From contig CALGOL010000245.1 of assembly GCA_937960755.1 (NCBI GenBank), forward strand, positions 1 to 57,657: a stretch of 57,657 nucleotides of DNA. The letters are read 5' to 3'. The number at the start of each line of letters is the position of its first letter. Positions within the stretch are counted from its first letter, which is position 1. The stretch comes from an uncultured Azospirillum sp. (GTDB taxonomy: Bacteria; Pseudomonadota; Alphaproteobacteria; Azospirillales; Azospirillaceae). The position numbers were made by a program, and so were the translations under genes. The notes under the pieces are model-generated. The model was given only the letters and a program-made list of their open reading frames with translations, searched no databases and had not been told where the DNA came from. This document shows positions 1-8,720 of the stretch, in pieces.

Positions 1-234
1 CGGACAAAAAACACGCGGCCCATTTCGGATGGCAAACTGTCCGAATTCGGACAGCATGATGGAGGAGGGGGGCTTTCAGGGCTGCGCTCTATTCATACAT
101 ACGCTACCTTGATGGCGCGCGCTTCTTTCCCTCTTCTCCGGCAAGGCGTCGGGCGAGCTAGCCCGACGCTGTCCGAATTCGGACAAAAAACACGCGGCCC
201 ATTTCGGATGGCAAACTGTCCGAATTCGGACAGC
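1..234. repeat. parS-like centromere: palindrome CTGTCCGAATTCGGACAG in a 55-bp direct repeat
   Basis: Perfect 18-bp palindrome at 37-54 and 216-233, one-mismatch copy at 169-186, half copy at the window start; 1-55 is repeated at 180-234; lies just downstream of parB. Confidence 0.7.
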
Positions 235-267
235 GTGAGCGAGTGGAGGGCTTTCAGCATCTCCATA

Positions 268-1155
268 TCACGCCAACACCGTTTCCTTATCGTCATCAAG
301 GAGTTTATCGATCATGGACCGCAAGCGCGACAGCTCCTCACGATGATTCTGATCTAAGACAGCCCCATCGCCCCCCCCCCTCCGTTGCTCATACGCGGCC
401 TCAATTTCGCGCACCAAACGACGGGAAGTAGCGACTATGCGGAGGACTGGCTTTTGTTGCCCCCCAGTAGCAGGCGATTTTTTGGCTTTGCGTAGGTCGG
501 TCGTCCTCATGCCGCTCTTGACCTGCGCCCATAGCCCCTCCTGCTGGGCATGGTCCTGGACAGCCGCGATTTCGAAAAGGATGCTCTTCGAAACTTCGCG
601 CGGCGCCGCCTCGACCTCGGCCCGAATGGTGGGGGAAAGCCGCTGTAGACCAAGGATGCTCGTCACTTCGGTACGGCTGCGACCAGCCAAAGCTGCGAGG
701 CGTTCGTGGGTATAGCCGTCACACGTTGCCATGGCGCTGAATTTATCGGACAGCTCCAGCAAATCGAGATCAACCCGCTGAAGGTTCTCGATCAGTGCGA
801 TTTCGTCTGCGGCGCCCTCGGTGATGATCGCGAAGATGGTGGGTCGCTTCAGGAGTTGGTGGGCGCGAAAACGACGTTCGCCGGCCACCAGCAGGTAGCC
901 TCCCTCCTTCCCGTTCATCACCAAGATGGGTTGCTTCAGCCCGTGGGTATCAATACTGGCGGCAAGGCTCCGCAGTTCATCCTCGTCAAAACGCTTTCGC
1001 GGTTGATCGGGATTGGGGGTGATGCGGAGCAAATCGATCTCAACGACCTGCGGGAAGTCACGTGATGTGCCGAAGAGCGCGTCGGCGCCGCTGCCCGCTG
1101 CGGCAGCCTGCGTATAGGCAGAATTCGCACCTTTTGGAAGACTAGACCGCGCCAT
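268..1155 (-). CDS. parB: ParB/Spo0J partition protein
   Basis: [18 protein letters not shown], arginine patch [18 protein letters not shown], central HTH; overlaps parA stop. Confidence 0.95.
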   Translation of the reverse strand: MARSSLPKGANSAYTQAAAAGSGADALFGTSRDFPQVVEIDLLRITPNPDQPRKRFDEDELRSLAASIDTHGLKQPILVMNGKEGGYLLVAGERRFRAHQLLKRPTIFAIITEGAADEIALIENLQRVDLDLLELSDKFSAMATCDGYTHERLAALAGRSRTEVTSILGLQRLSPTIRAEVEAAPREVSKSILFEIAAVQDHAQQEGLWAQVKSGMRTTDLRKAKKSPATGGQQKPVLRIVATSRRLVREIEAAYEQRRGGGDGAVLDQNHREELSRLRSMIDKLLDDDKETVLA

Positions 1156-2140
1156 GGGAGCCCTCCGCGACAGTAGCCATGGCGATCAATGAATCGCAAA
1201 GATCACCAAAAACTTGCGTCACTTCACCGGACGGATCGTAGTCAATCAGGGGATAACCCCCCTTTGCAGACTTAGCATAGTCAGTCGTGCGCTTGATGGG
1301 ATCGTAGACGCGGGCCTTTCCGTCATAAATTCTTTTAATATCCTCTAGCGTCTCACCGTCCTGGCTGTTTCGCTTGTCGAACATTGTCGGCACGATGCCT
1401 ATAACCTGCAAAGACGGGTTTCCCCGCCGCCGAATGTTCGTAATAGTCTCGATAAGAAGGGGAATGCCGGTGACGGCGAAAGCCTCAGTCTGCACGGGAA
1501 TGATAACGCCGTGAGCCGCAGTCAACGCGTTGACCGTAAGCATGGTCAGGCTCGGCGAGCAGTCGATAACTACAAAGTCATACTCGCGCGCTTCCTCCAA
1601 CTTATTCTGCAGACCAATCGCCGCAAAGCCGTCGCCAGCCATCTCCGCGTCGAACTTGGACAGCGCCAGGGCGCCGGCCAGAAGATCAAAGCGGCCATCA
1701 AGAACGGGCGTCACGCAACGGCTGACCGGATGGTCCTTGCGGAGCACGTCGTAGAGGGTCTTGCCTTCGGCAGCGGCGGCGAGTGGACTGCAGCTCACGT
1801 GGATGGTGGCGTTGGCCTGCGGATCGGCGTCAATGAGAAGCACGCGAAATCCTTGACGGCTCAGCTTGGCGGCGAGGTTCACCGCAATAGTGGTCTTCCC
1901 GACCCCCCCTTTTTGGTTGGCCACCGCCACGACAACCCGCCTGGCCAGTTTTGTCCCGCCAGCACCGTTGCGAGTAAGGAAATCTTCGACGAGCACGGGA
2001 ATGCGTTCAGCGCCTGTTTCCCACTTTGTCACTTTCGTTCGATCATATTTTCGACCAAGTTGACTTGCCAGCCACTCGGCGAAGAGTGCTTGACTTTCAC
2101 CCCGCTTTTCGCGGAATGCCCTCATCACGGAACCGTTCAT
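1142..2140 (-). CDS. parA: ParA partition ATPase with N-terminal XRE-like HTH
   Basis: Deviant Walker [26 protein letters not shown]; N-terminal [19 protein letters not shown]...KVTKWETG. Confidence 0.95.
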   Translation of the reverse strand: MNGSVMRAFREKRGESQALFAEWLASQLGRKYDRTKVTKWETGAERIPVLVEDFLTRNGAGGTKLARRVVVAVANQKGGVGKTTIAVNLAAKLSRQGFRVLLIDADPQANATIHVSCSPLAAAAEGKTLYDVLRKDHPVSRCVTPVLDGRFDLLAGALALSKFDAEMAGDGFAAIGLQNKLEEAREYDFVVIDCSPSLTMLTVNALTAAHGVIIPVQTEAFAVTGIPLLIETITNIRRRGNPSLQVIGIVPTMFDKRNSQDGETLEDIKRIYDGKARVYDPIKRTTDYAKSAKGGYPLIDYDPSGEVTQVFGDLCDSLIAMATVAEGSHGAV

Positions 2141-2267
2141 AGCCCTGCCGCCCTATTGGTTAATGCTTTGGCTCAGAATGCCAGCGATGTGTCGCTCATT
2201 CAACCCATGAATTGCGAAATGTGCTACACAGCAAGCGGAGGATGGCTTTCGATGCTGAAGGATGAGC

Positions 2268-2846
2268 TTATCGACCACAGACCGGTTCATACCGCCGGAT
2301 CACATCCGCCTCCTCAGGGGAAATTGTAAGTTTCCATCTGGTTTTGATCGCTGCCCAGCGAGCGATAAACCAACACGCTAAATGGGGCGACGGAGGAACC
2401 CATTTGTCGGGGCCGGCGCTGTTAGGGCGACCTGACCTGTTGCTACGAGAGACCACGACAAGATTGAACGGGTCATCGTTGAAGGACCATCGAGTTTCAG
2501 CTGACCAGGCATAGCCGCCTGACGCCGTCGCCTCGTTCAGCGGGACAACCCGCTCTATGTCGGCGTCTTTAGCTGAAGTGATGACATTGCCGGTCCATGG
2601 ATCAATCCATTGTCCTGATACGACCTGACAGCCAATGAGCACGGGCTTGATCAGAGAAGTATCTGTTAAGAATTGATTTCTTGTGGACAACGAACATCTT
2701 GCTTGTGACGGTTCAGTTTTAAGAAATATAGTTACAATAAATGCAATAAATATTATGGCTTTATAAGCTTTGAAATACACCATTCCCCTCGACATATTGA
2801 TAACCCCTTTTAAATCTCTTAGATAAATGTAACGCGATTTCTGCAA
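2268..2846 (-). CDS. Exported DUF1524/HNH-family nuclease-like protein, degenerate active site (start uncertain)
   Basis: GQWIDPWTG, DIERVVPLNEA, W..ETRWSFNDDPFNL, GPDKWVPP; hydrophobic N-terminal signal-like segment. Confidence 0.7.
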   Translation of the reverse strand: MQKSRYIYLRDLKGVINMSRGMVYFKAYKAIIFIAFIVTIFLKTEPSQARCSLSTRNQFLTDTSLIKPVLIGCQVVSGQWIDPWTGNVITSAKDADIERVVPLNEATASGGYAWSAETRWSFNDDPFNLVVVSRSNRSGRPNSAGPDKWVPPSPHLACWFIARWAAIKTRWKLTISPEEADVIRRYEPVCGR

Positions 2847-3078
2847 TTAACGCGGATTTGTCATAAGTCTGGGAGGAATTCGAAGACCCAAGATTTGTTC
2901 CAATTCTTCCCCACGTACATTTAACAACCCATTTATCCATTAAATCTTTGTATACGGATATTTCATAATATCTATGCTTATTCTGAACACTATCATTTAG
3001 TTCAAAGCGGCATGCACCAGTCATGTCAGTCAACTCATTCAGGAGTCTGATAAAGTTATCAAGACGGGATGGCAACAT
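2761..3078 (-). CDS. WGR domain protein
   Basis: NKHRYYEISVYKDLMDKWVVKCTWGRIG...KRFKRGY. Confidence 0.85.
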   Translation of the reverse strand: MLPSRLDNFIRLLNELTDMTGACRFELNDSVQNKHRYYEISVYKDLMDKWVVKCTWGRIGTNLGSSNSSQTYDKSALIAEIALHLSKRFKRGYQYVEGNGVFQSL

Positions 3079-3148
3079 GGAATAGCCCTGCCGCTATTGA
3101 TACAATTTGGTAGATGATAGTGGAAATTTTTATCTCAGACAATCGTAT

Positions 3149-3622
3149 TCATTGCTTAAGTGGGAGGGGATTATCTCGTCGATCGGCGATCGCGTGACCT
3201 AAACGGGCCAGTGCCGCCGCAAGACCGGGGTCGATGGGGGCAAGAGGGACAGGTTTATTAGGTTGGTTTGTAGATTCCGTGGCGTCCTGCCCCTTGTGTG
3301 AAGCAGCGAAGTCCGCCGGCAGACGCACCATGTAGAGGTTGACCCCGCGGGCCATGACCAGCCGCCCGCCGTTGCGACCCGGTCGAATCACGCGGCTGCG
3401 GTGAATGTCGATATAGCGGCCCAGGTGTTTTAACGCCCGCGACACCGTGCGGCGGTCCACGCCCGCCGCCGATGCGAGGGCGTCATAGGTGCGCCGGCAA
3501 CGGCCCATGCCGTCCGACAGCTGTACGATCGCCCTGGCTATGGCTCGTGCGCCTAGTGTCAGGGATCGATCGGCCTGGATGCGCTGAAAAAGACGCGCAC
3601 GCGCATTGCGGTCTATCGCCAT
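3149..3622 (-). CDS. Helix-turn-helix protein (HTH_36/Rep-N-terminal-like)
   Basis: GRCRRTYDALASAAGVDRRTVSRALKHL...GVNLY; GGAGG RBS upstream. Confidence 0.7.
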   Translation of the reverse strand: MAIDRNARARLFQRIQADRSLTLGARAIARAIVQLSDGMGRCRRTYDALASAAGVDRRTVSRALKHLGRYIDIHRSRVIRPGRNGGRLVMARGVNLYMVRLPADFAASHKGQDATESTNQPNKPVPLAPIDPGLAAALARLGHAIADRRDNPLPLKQ

Positions 3623-3953
3623 GGCAATAGTCCTCCACAGGGCCTTCGCCCTGATTTCAAATTTTATTGGGGAATTGACGAGAAACGACCATCTGCCGCT
3701 GAAAGCCGATGGGCGAACAGCGCGTCAATTGTTACAGATAGTCAAATCGTCCGGTGAAATCCGCAGCGCTCACTTGCGCTAAAAAAAGGCGCAACAAACC
3801 TATGCCGTCTTGATGACCAAAGCGGATTCGTCTTCTGTGTGAGCGGCGTGATCTTGCCTATGTCGTGTTCGTCATGATCGCAAACTCCCATAATTAAGGG
3901 GACGCGATCGGGTAACAGCCACCGTTGCGAACCGCATTTTTGAAGCGATTCGC

Positions 3954-3982
3954 TTGCAATCCTGACTGAGGACAGCTAGTCT
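3954..3982 (+). promoter_or_regulatory. Sigma70-like promoter for a counter-transcribed RNA
   Basis: TTGCAA (3954-3959), 17 bp, TAGTCT (3977-3982), pointing at a + strand terminator. Confidence 0.5.
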
Positions 3983-3988
3983 ACGTCT

Positions 3989-4076
3989 TGCTACAGGGTA
4001 GATAGCTGCATCAGAGGCTGTCATTCCGATCAACCGCACCTCGCCGCGCCAACGGTGGGGTGCGGTTTATTTTTTT
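3989..4076 (+). ncRNA. Putative counter-transcribed (antisense) RNA, about 85 nt
   Basis: Promoter plus intrinsic terminator on the strand opposite repA and the HTH gene; 5' end estimated. Confidence 0.45.
4032..4076 (+). terminator. Intrinsic terminator
   Basis: Stem AACCGCACCTCGCCG / CGGTGGGGTGCGGTT with two G-U wobbles valid only on +, followed by TATTTTTTT. Confidence 0.8.
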
Positions 4077-5016
4077 AAAGTAGCGTTCCTACTTCTCCTT
4101 CATGCCCGCGGGCAGCCTTACGGCGTCGCAGCGCTGGGGCTTTGGGTTTCTGGGCGGTAAGCGCCTTCTTGTGTGACTCCTGAGTGATCACGACGATTTG
4201 ATGTTCTGAGGAAGGCCGCCCGCGGCGACCTTCCTGTTGAATGTATCGATCAGTTAAGGTTACGGCATAACCGGGGATGCTAGCTGCGGAGACAGCTTGC
4301 TTAAAATTTCGGGCATGACCGTCCGAACCCACATATTTTTGCAACTCACCCAAACTTGTTTCCCAAGTTGGAGTGGCATTGGCTCGTGCTAAATCATAGA
4401 GACGACGGTCAATGGGCGACAAATTAAAATAATCAGGGGGCAGGCGATAGTTCTGAGCATCGAGCTTAATTGCTCTGAATAGCCAGTCGCACAAAACAAG
4501 CGTAACCGACACCATACGCCGTTGACCATTTTCTCGGTCGTAATTTATTTGCGTTCCGGTATCTAACCAGTTAAAGAATCCGGTCGCTCCTTGGCCGCCG
4601 GTTTCGATATTGGTCTTTACAAGAGCGCCACGCAAACGCTCAATCTGTGCTGCCATGTTGGAGTAAGAGCGAGAACTGCTGTCGCGGTTGGTCACTCGAT
4701 GAAAATCGTGGGCGCTGACCATGACGGTGCGACTAGGTTCTTCTCCGCGGTCCATTTTCGATATGATAATCGAGATGGCGTAGAGCAGCCAGTCGCGATC
4801 AAAGATAGTAGGCAGGTTGGTTCCCTCGACGGCCTTGCATGTAAAAGTGCAGTCTCCGTCAACGAATGTCAGGCTGCGCCGGCTCGAATTACGCTCAAGC
4901 TGGAAAAAAGGATAACGCGCCAAGGCATGCGTATTGTTGGCCGGGTCAAGCAGCGGGGAATCGAACAGGGGCAAGGGCGCCATGGCGCGCGATTCAGTCA
5001 CTCCCCCCTTTTTCAT
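4075..5016 (-). CDS. repA: Replication initiator protein A (RPA family)
   Basis: YPFFQL, LPTIFDRDWLLYAIS, RVTNRDSSSRSY, ERLRGALVKTNIETGG, LCDWLFRAI, DYFNLSPIDRRLYDLAR. Confidence 0.85.
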   Translation of the reverse strand: MKKGGVTESRAMAPLPLFDSPLLDPANNTHALARYPFFQLERNSSRRSLTFVDGDCTFTCKAVEGTNLPTIFDRDWLLYAISIIISKMDRGEEPSRTVMVSAHDFHRVTNRDSSSRSYSNMAAQIERLRGALVKTNIETGGQGATGFFNWLDTGTQINYDRENGQRRMVSVTLVLCDWLFRAIKLDAQNYRLPPDYFNLSPIDRRLYDLARANATPTWETSLGELQKYVGSDGHARNFKQAVSAASIPGYAVTLTDRYIQQEGRRGRPSSEHQIVVITQESHKKALTAQKPKAPALRRRKAARGHEGEVGTLL

Positions 5017-5093
5017 AACCCCTCCCGACGCTCATAAACCATGATTGCTGATAGCAATACGCATTACGAAGATATTTACCATAGCCTTGATTC

Positions 5094-5892
5094 GTGATTT
5101 CGGCTGCAAATGTCCAGAAATATGCAGAAACGGCCATAACGCTCCCCACGACGTGGCATGTCTGAGAGCGCCGCCGGTGTGAAAGAGAAGAGCGTCACAG
5201 CCGCTGTCAGATCCCTTATGGGCAGATTAATGACAATCTAACTTATTGAAATACATGAGAATATTCATGTGATTTCACCTGCAAAATCAAGATGAACGGC
5301 GACTATGAAGCTGCTTTCGCGTACCGCTAAGCTGCCGGTCAATAAATTGAAAAATTTGAGACATTGAACAGGGCAAACGGGGATTTAGGATGCAGAATGG
5401 TGAGAAGAGCGCATTTGTTATCGTAAAATCAATATGTTAAACGTATTTAGCGTCCCGCCCGATCATTTGTTTCGGCGCTTGAGGAGCCGTCCATGAAGCC
5501 GGAGCGATGGATTCATTCCTGGTGATAAGCCTGATATAACATACTGATAATAAAGTAAATTATGCCAGGATTTGGCATGCAGAAAAGGCGGATTGAGAGC
5601 GCGGCCCCAAAACACGCCACGGATATAGGAAGGGGACGATAAATGCGAAAAATCGTCATTTTGCAGCGGTGGAATGAGGGGATTTCGGCTGCAAAAAGGA
5701 CTGATTACAGAAAAATTTCAATGAAATCAGAGTGATAAAACTCATCAAGTCCGGCATATGAAAACCAGGACACAGACGAGCAAGAGCTTGAGCGCCGGCG
5801 GGCGGCAGGGATTAATGAGGGTATCTAAACGACAAAATTACTATAACATATTGAATATATTGAATAATGTTAGAATGATTAGGGCTGCAAAA
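5094..5892. repeat. Putative oriV: six iteron-like repeats GATT(T/A)-N4-TGCA(A/G)A with IHF-like sites
   Basis: Copies start at 5096, 5271, 5382, 5569, 5681, 5877; IHF consensus AATCAATATGTTA at 5427-5439; AT-rich, gene-free, upstream of repA. Confidence 0.65.
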
Positions 5893-5913
5893 ATGCTCTA
5901 AGGACAGCCGGGA

Positions 5914-6219
5914 TCAGCGGCTGGGTGTTCCCTCGGCATGCCAGCGCAGGACTGATTCCACAATCCGCTGCAGGGCCTCTTCCCGGTTCGCCTGGTCGGC
6001 GCCCACTGACGCGACCGCCGCCTGTTCGTCGCGGCGTGAGAAGAAGTGCGCGTAGCCCTCTTTACCCGTGGCCGCCCCGGCGTCATAGGCGCCGCTCCAT
6101 CCATAAGAAGCGCCGAAGCGAGGCGGCGGGGCGGGAGCGGCGGCGGGCACGCCATGATCTTCAGCGGGCGCGCAAGCGCCAAGAGCGACGGCAAGAAGCA
6201 AAGCGGAGAGGCGGGTCAT
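5914..6219 (-). CDS. Small lipoprotein, divergent from traI
   Basis: MTRLSALLLAVALGA-C lipobox; start chosen downstream of predicted -10 TATCAT. Confidence 0.6.
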   Translation of the reverse strand: MTRLSALLLAVALGACAPAEDHGVPAAAPAPPPRFGASYGWSGAYDAGAATGKEGYAHFFSRRDEQAAVASVGADQANREEALQRIVESVLRWHAEGTPSR

Positions 6220-6250
6220 GCGGTTTCCGTGAAAGCTCGTTGAAACCGTC

Positions 6251-6344
6251 ATGATAGCCCCCCGTAACCATCATCCGCCTCTGAGCAAAATGACGAAAAT
6301 CGATATTTTGCAGAGAGGCGGAAACCGGCGACCGACCGTAAAAT
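6251..6344. promoter_or_regulatory. Bidirectional activator-box promoter (traI and lipoprotein)
   Basis: Box AAATGACGAAAATCGATATTT 6288-6308; -10 TAAAAT at 6339 (+) and TATCAT at 6256 (-); inside a 49-bp imperfect palindrome 6274-6322. Confidence 0.65.
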
Positions 6345-6347
6345 GGG

Positions 6348-8720
6348 ATGATGAGTAACTGGCTGCAAAAAATAATTCAGAGGGGCAGGGCTCCCCAGCA
6401 ATCTCTGTCGAGTAGCGAACCGGACGAGGAGATCCCGGTATACCCTCCGTTTGCAAAAGGATTGCCGGCGGTCTCCTCTTCTCGCGTTCTGACGACGCAA
6501 GCCGCACTCCTCCGGGATATCCGGCAGTTGTTTCCTATGACCGACGACGAATACGCCTCAATCGTCGAGCCGGCGATCAGGGCCTATGCGGCCTTCGCGC
6601 ATCTGCTGCCGGCGAGCGAAGCGCACCATCACCGCGGCGCCGGCGGCCTCCTCCACCACGGCCTTGAAGTCGCATTCCTGGCGGGACGGGCCGCCGCCGC
6701 ACACGCCTTTCAGGCAGGAGCGACACCGCTTCAGCGCAAGCATTGGGAACCTCGATGGAGGTTGGCGATTTTCCTGGCCGGGCTGTACCACGACATCGGG
6801 AAACCGGTGACGGATCTTGAGGTCGTTGATCGCGACGGCGGGCAACGATGGACGCCGCTCACCGAAACGATCGAAGATTGGGCCCTGCGCTGCCAAATCC
6901 AGCGTTATTATTTGCGTTGGGTGCGCGGGCGCAAAGGACGGCATGAAGTTGTCGGAGCGGGAGCCGTCAGTCGGTTACTCCCGAAAGATACGTTGGTGTG
7001 GTTAGGCGACGGGGGAGGGGAGGCGACAATGGCCCTCATCGCCAGCTTTCAGCCCCAGGGCGGGGCTGCCGAACAACTCGCCATGGGCGAAATTGTGAAG
7101 GCGGCTGATCGCACGAGCGTTGCTCGCGACCTTGCGAGGACAGGCGAGGGGGCCATCAAAGATCCGGGCATCGGCGTTCCGGTCGAAGGATTTATCCTGA
7201 CCGCCGCCAGACACATGATCGCCAGTCAGAAATGGACGCCGAACAAGCCGGGTGGGCCGCTGTGGCTGCTTGATCTTGACGGGGACAAGGCTTGTTTTCT
7301 TGTGTGGAAGACCGCGGCTGAGAATATCATTGACCACTTACGCGAACACGAGGTTCCCGGCATCTCCAGAAGCCATGATGTATTGGCGGATATCCTGATT
7401 GAAAGAGGGCTTGCCCGCCAATATGTTGTAGATGCACAAAAATATCGCTATTGGCCGATTGCGCCGCAATCATTATCAGCGGCGAAACCGGTGCGCTTAT
7501 ATTTTTTGCGCCTTACCCATCTTGATGAACTTTTTGACCACACGCCTCCTTTCGAAAGAGGGGCGATCATTCTGAACCAAAATGAGAAGGTGAAGGCGGC
7601 AGAGGCGCGGACGGGCGATAGTTCACCGGCTTCTCCGCCGACAATCCCGGAAGCGTCGCCAGAGGCAGCCGTCAAAGAGACGGTGGCGGCGGAACCCATA
7701 ATAAATGAAACGGCTGCAATCAAGGCGAAGGAGGGGTCCTGCCCCGTGCCGAACGCAAAAGCGGTGCATCAGGTTGCTGCGGAGCCGGTCGTGTCGCCCC
7801 CGATATTTCAAGAGAGGGCAGGGGCCGGATCAAAGGGAGAGGACGGGACAAAAATCGTACCCGATGAAGCGGTCGCCCTCCCGGCCCGGCCTGGTTCCAG
7901 CGTCTCGCCGGCAATTGCACGACAGGCAGGGGAGGGGCCTCCATCGCAAGTTCACCCGCCGCGGCATGACGCAGGGCCGGCGGCAGGCGGCGAAAACCCA
8001 TGCTTGCCGTTGCTGGAAAGTGATTGGCTCGGGCGGGCGCTGCTTGCGTCAGCAAGGGATATCGCTGAAGGACGGGCCGCCTGGGGTGAGATGCTTTGCA
8101 TGATCGGTGAGAAAACCTTGATCAGGCACCCTGAATGGCTGCTCGAGGTGATCAAACATCCGGATTCCGCCGGAGCCGCTCTGGGCGACGCAGCGCAGGC
8201 GCTGATCAAGAGCGGCTGGATCATGCGTTACGATCCCGGATCGGCGTGGGTTTGGACCATCGCAGGCGTCAAAGGATTTGTCGTATGCGATGAAATAGCC
8301 CGATCGCTCTCAACCGCCGCCGACGGCGTCCCGGCGCCTGAAATTCTGAGCACGACACCGGTCGCTGTCGGGCCAAGCGCGGAGACAGCGCAAATTTCAG
8401 CGCCCAAGTCGGATCATAGGGGTTCGGTAGGCGCGGGGGATGCCGATGATTTGCCGGCCTTGCGTAAAAAGGATGCTCCTGCGGGCGACCCGGAGCTGGT
8501 CCAAGCTGTGGCGACGTTGGTGCGTGAGGTCTTGGCGGAGCCGCCGGCTGAATGGGTGCAGGATGAAGGCGCGTGGCGCAGCGTTCCAAAGAGAGCGATC
8601 GAAAGGCTGTTCCCCAGCTTCCCGCTGATCGTTCTGAGCGCTGAAATGCGGAATTGGTCGGTGATCAAAAAGGACGGCGACTCGTTCCTGTTCAAGAAAG
8701 CCGACGTCAATGCAGAATAA
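6348..8720 (+). CDS. traI: MOBH relaxase TraI (HD domain)
   Basis: YPPFAKGLP, LPASEAHHHRGAGGLLHHGLEVA, YHDIGKP, AADRTSV. Confidence 0.95.
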   Translation: MMSNWLQKIIQRGRAPQQSLSSSEPDEEIPVYPPFAKGLPAVSSSRVLTTQAALLRDIRQLFPMTDDEYASIVEPAIRAYAAFAHLLPASEAHHHRGAGGLLHHGLEVAFLAGRAAAAHAFQAGATPLQRKHWEPRWRLAIFLAGLYHDIGKPVTDLEVVDRDGGQRWTPLTETIEDWALRCQIQRYYLRWVRGRKGRHEVVGAGAVSRLLPKDTLVWLGDGGGEATMALIASFQPQGGAAEQLAMGEIVKAADRTSVARDLARTGEGAIKDPGIGVPVEGFILTAARHMIASQKWTPNKPGGPLWLLDLDGDKACFLVWKTAAENIIDHLREHEVPGISRSHDVLADILIERGLARQYVVDAQKYRYWPIAPQSLSAAKPVRLYFLRLTHLDELFDHTPPFERGAIILNQNEKVKAAEARTGDSSPASPPTIPEASPEAAVKETVAAEPIINETAAIKAKEGSCPVPNAKAVHQVAAEPVVSPPIFQERAGAGSKGEDGTKIVPDEAVALPARPGSSVSPAIARQAGEGPPSQVHPPRHDAGPAAGGENPCLPLLESDWLGRALLASARDIAEGRAAWGEMLCMIGEKTLIRHPEWLLEVIKHPDSAGAALGDAAQALIKSGWIMRYDPGSAWVWTIAGVKGFVVCDEIARSLSTAADGVPAPEILSTTPVAVGPSAETAQISAPKSDHRGSVGAGDADDLPALRKKDAPAGDPELVQAVATLVREVLAEPPAEWVQDEGAWRSVPKRAIERLFPSFPLIVLSAEMRNWSVIKKDGDSFLFKKADVNAE

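Noticed and set aside
1-234. Repeat at the window start as a CRISPR array
   Set aside because: Only two long units with more than 100 bp between them, built from palindromes and adjacent to parB; fits parS better.
5094-5892. Dispersed repeats as a degenerate CRISPR array
   Set aside because: Repeats are about 16 bp, degenerate and 111-196 bp apart, upstream of repA.
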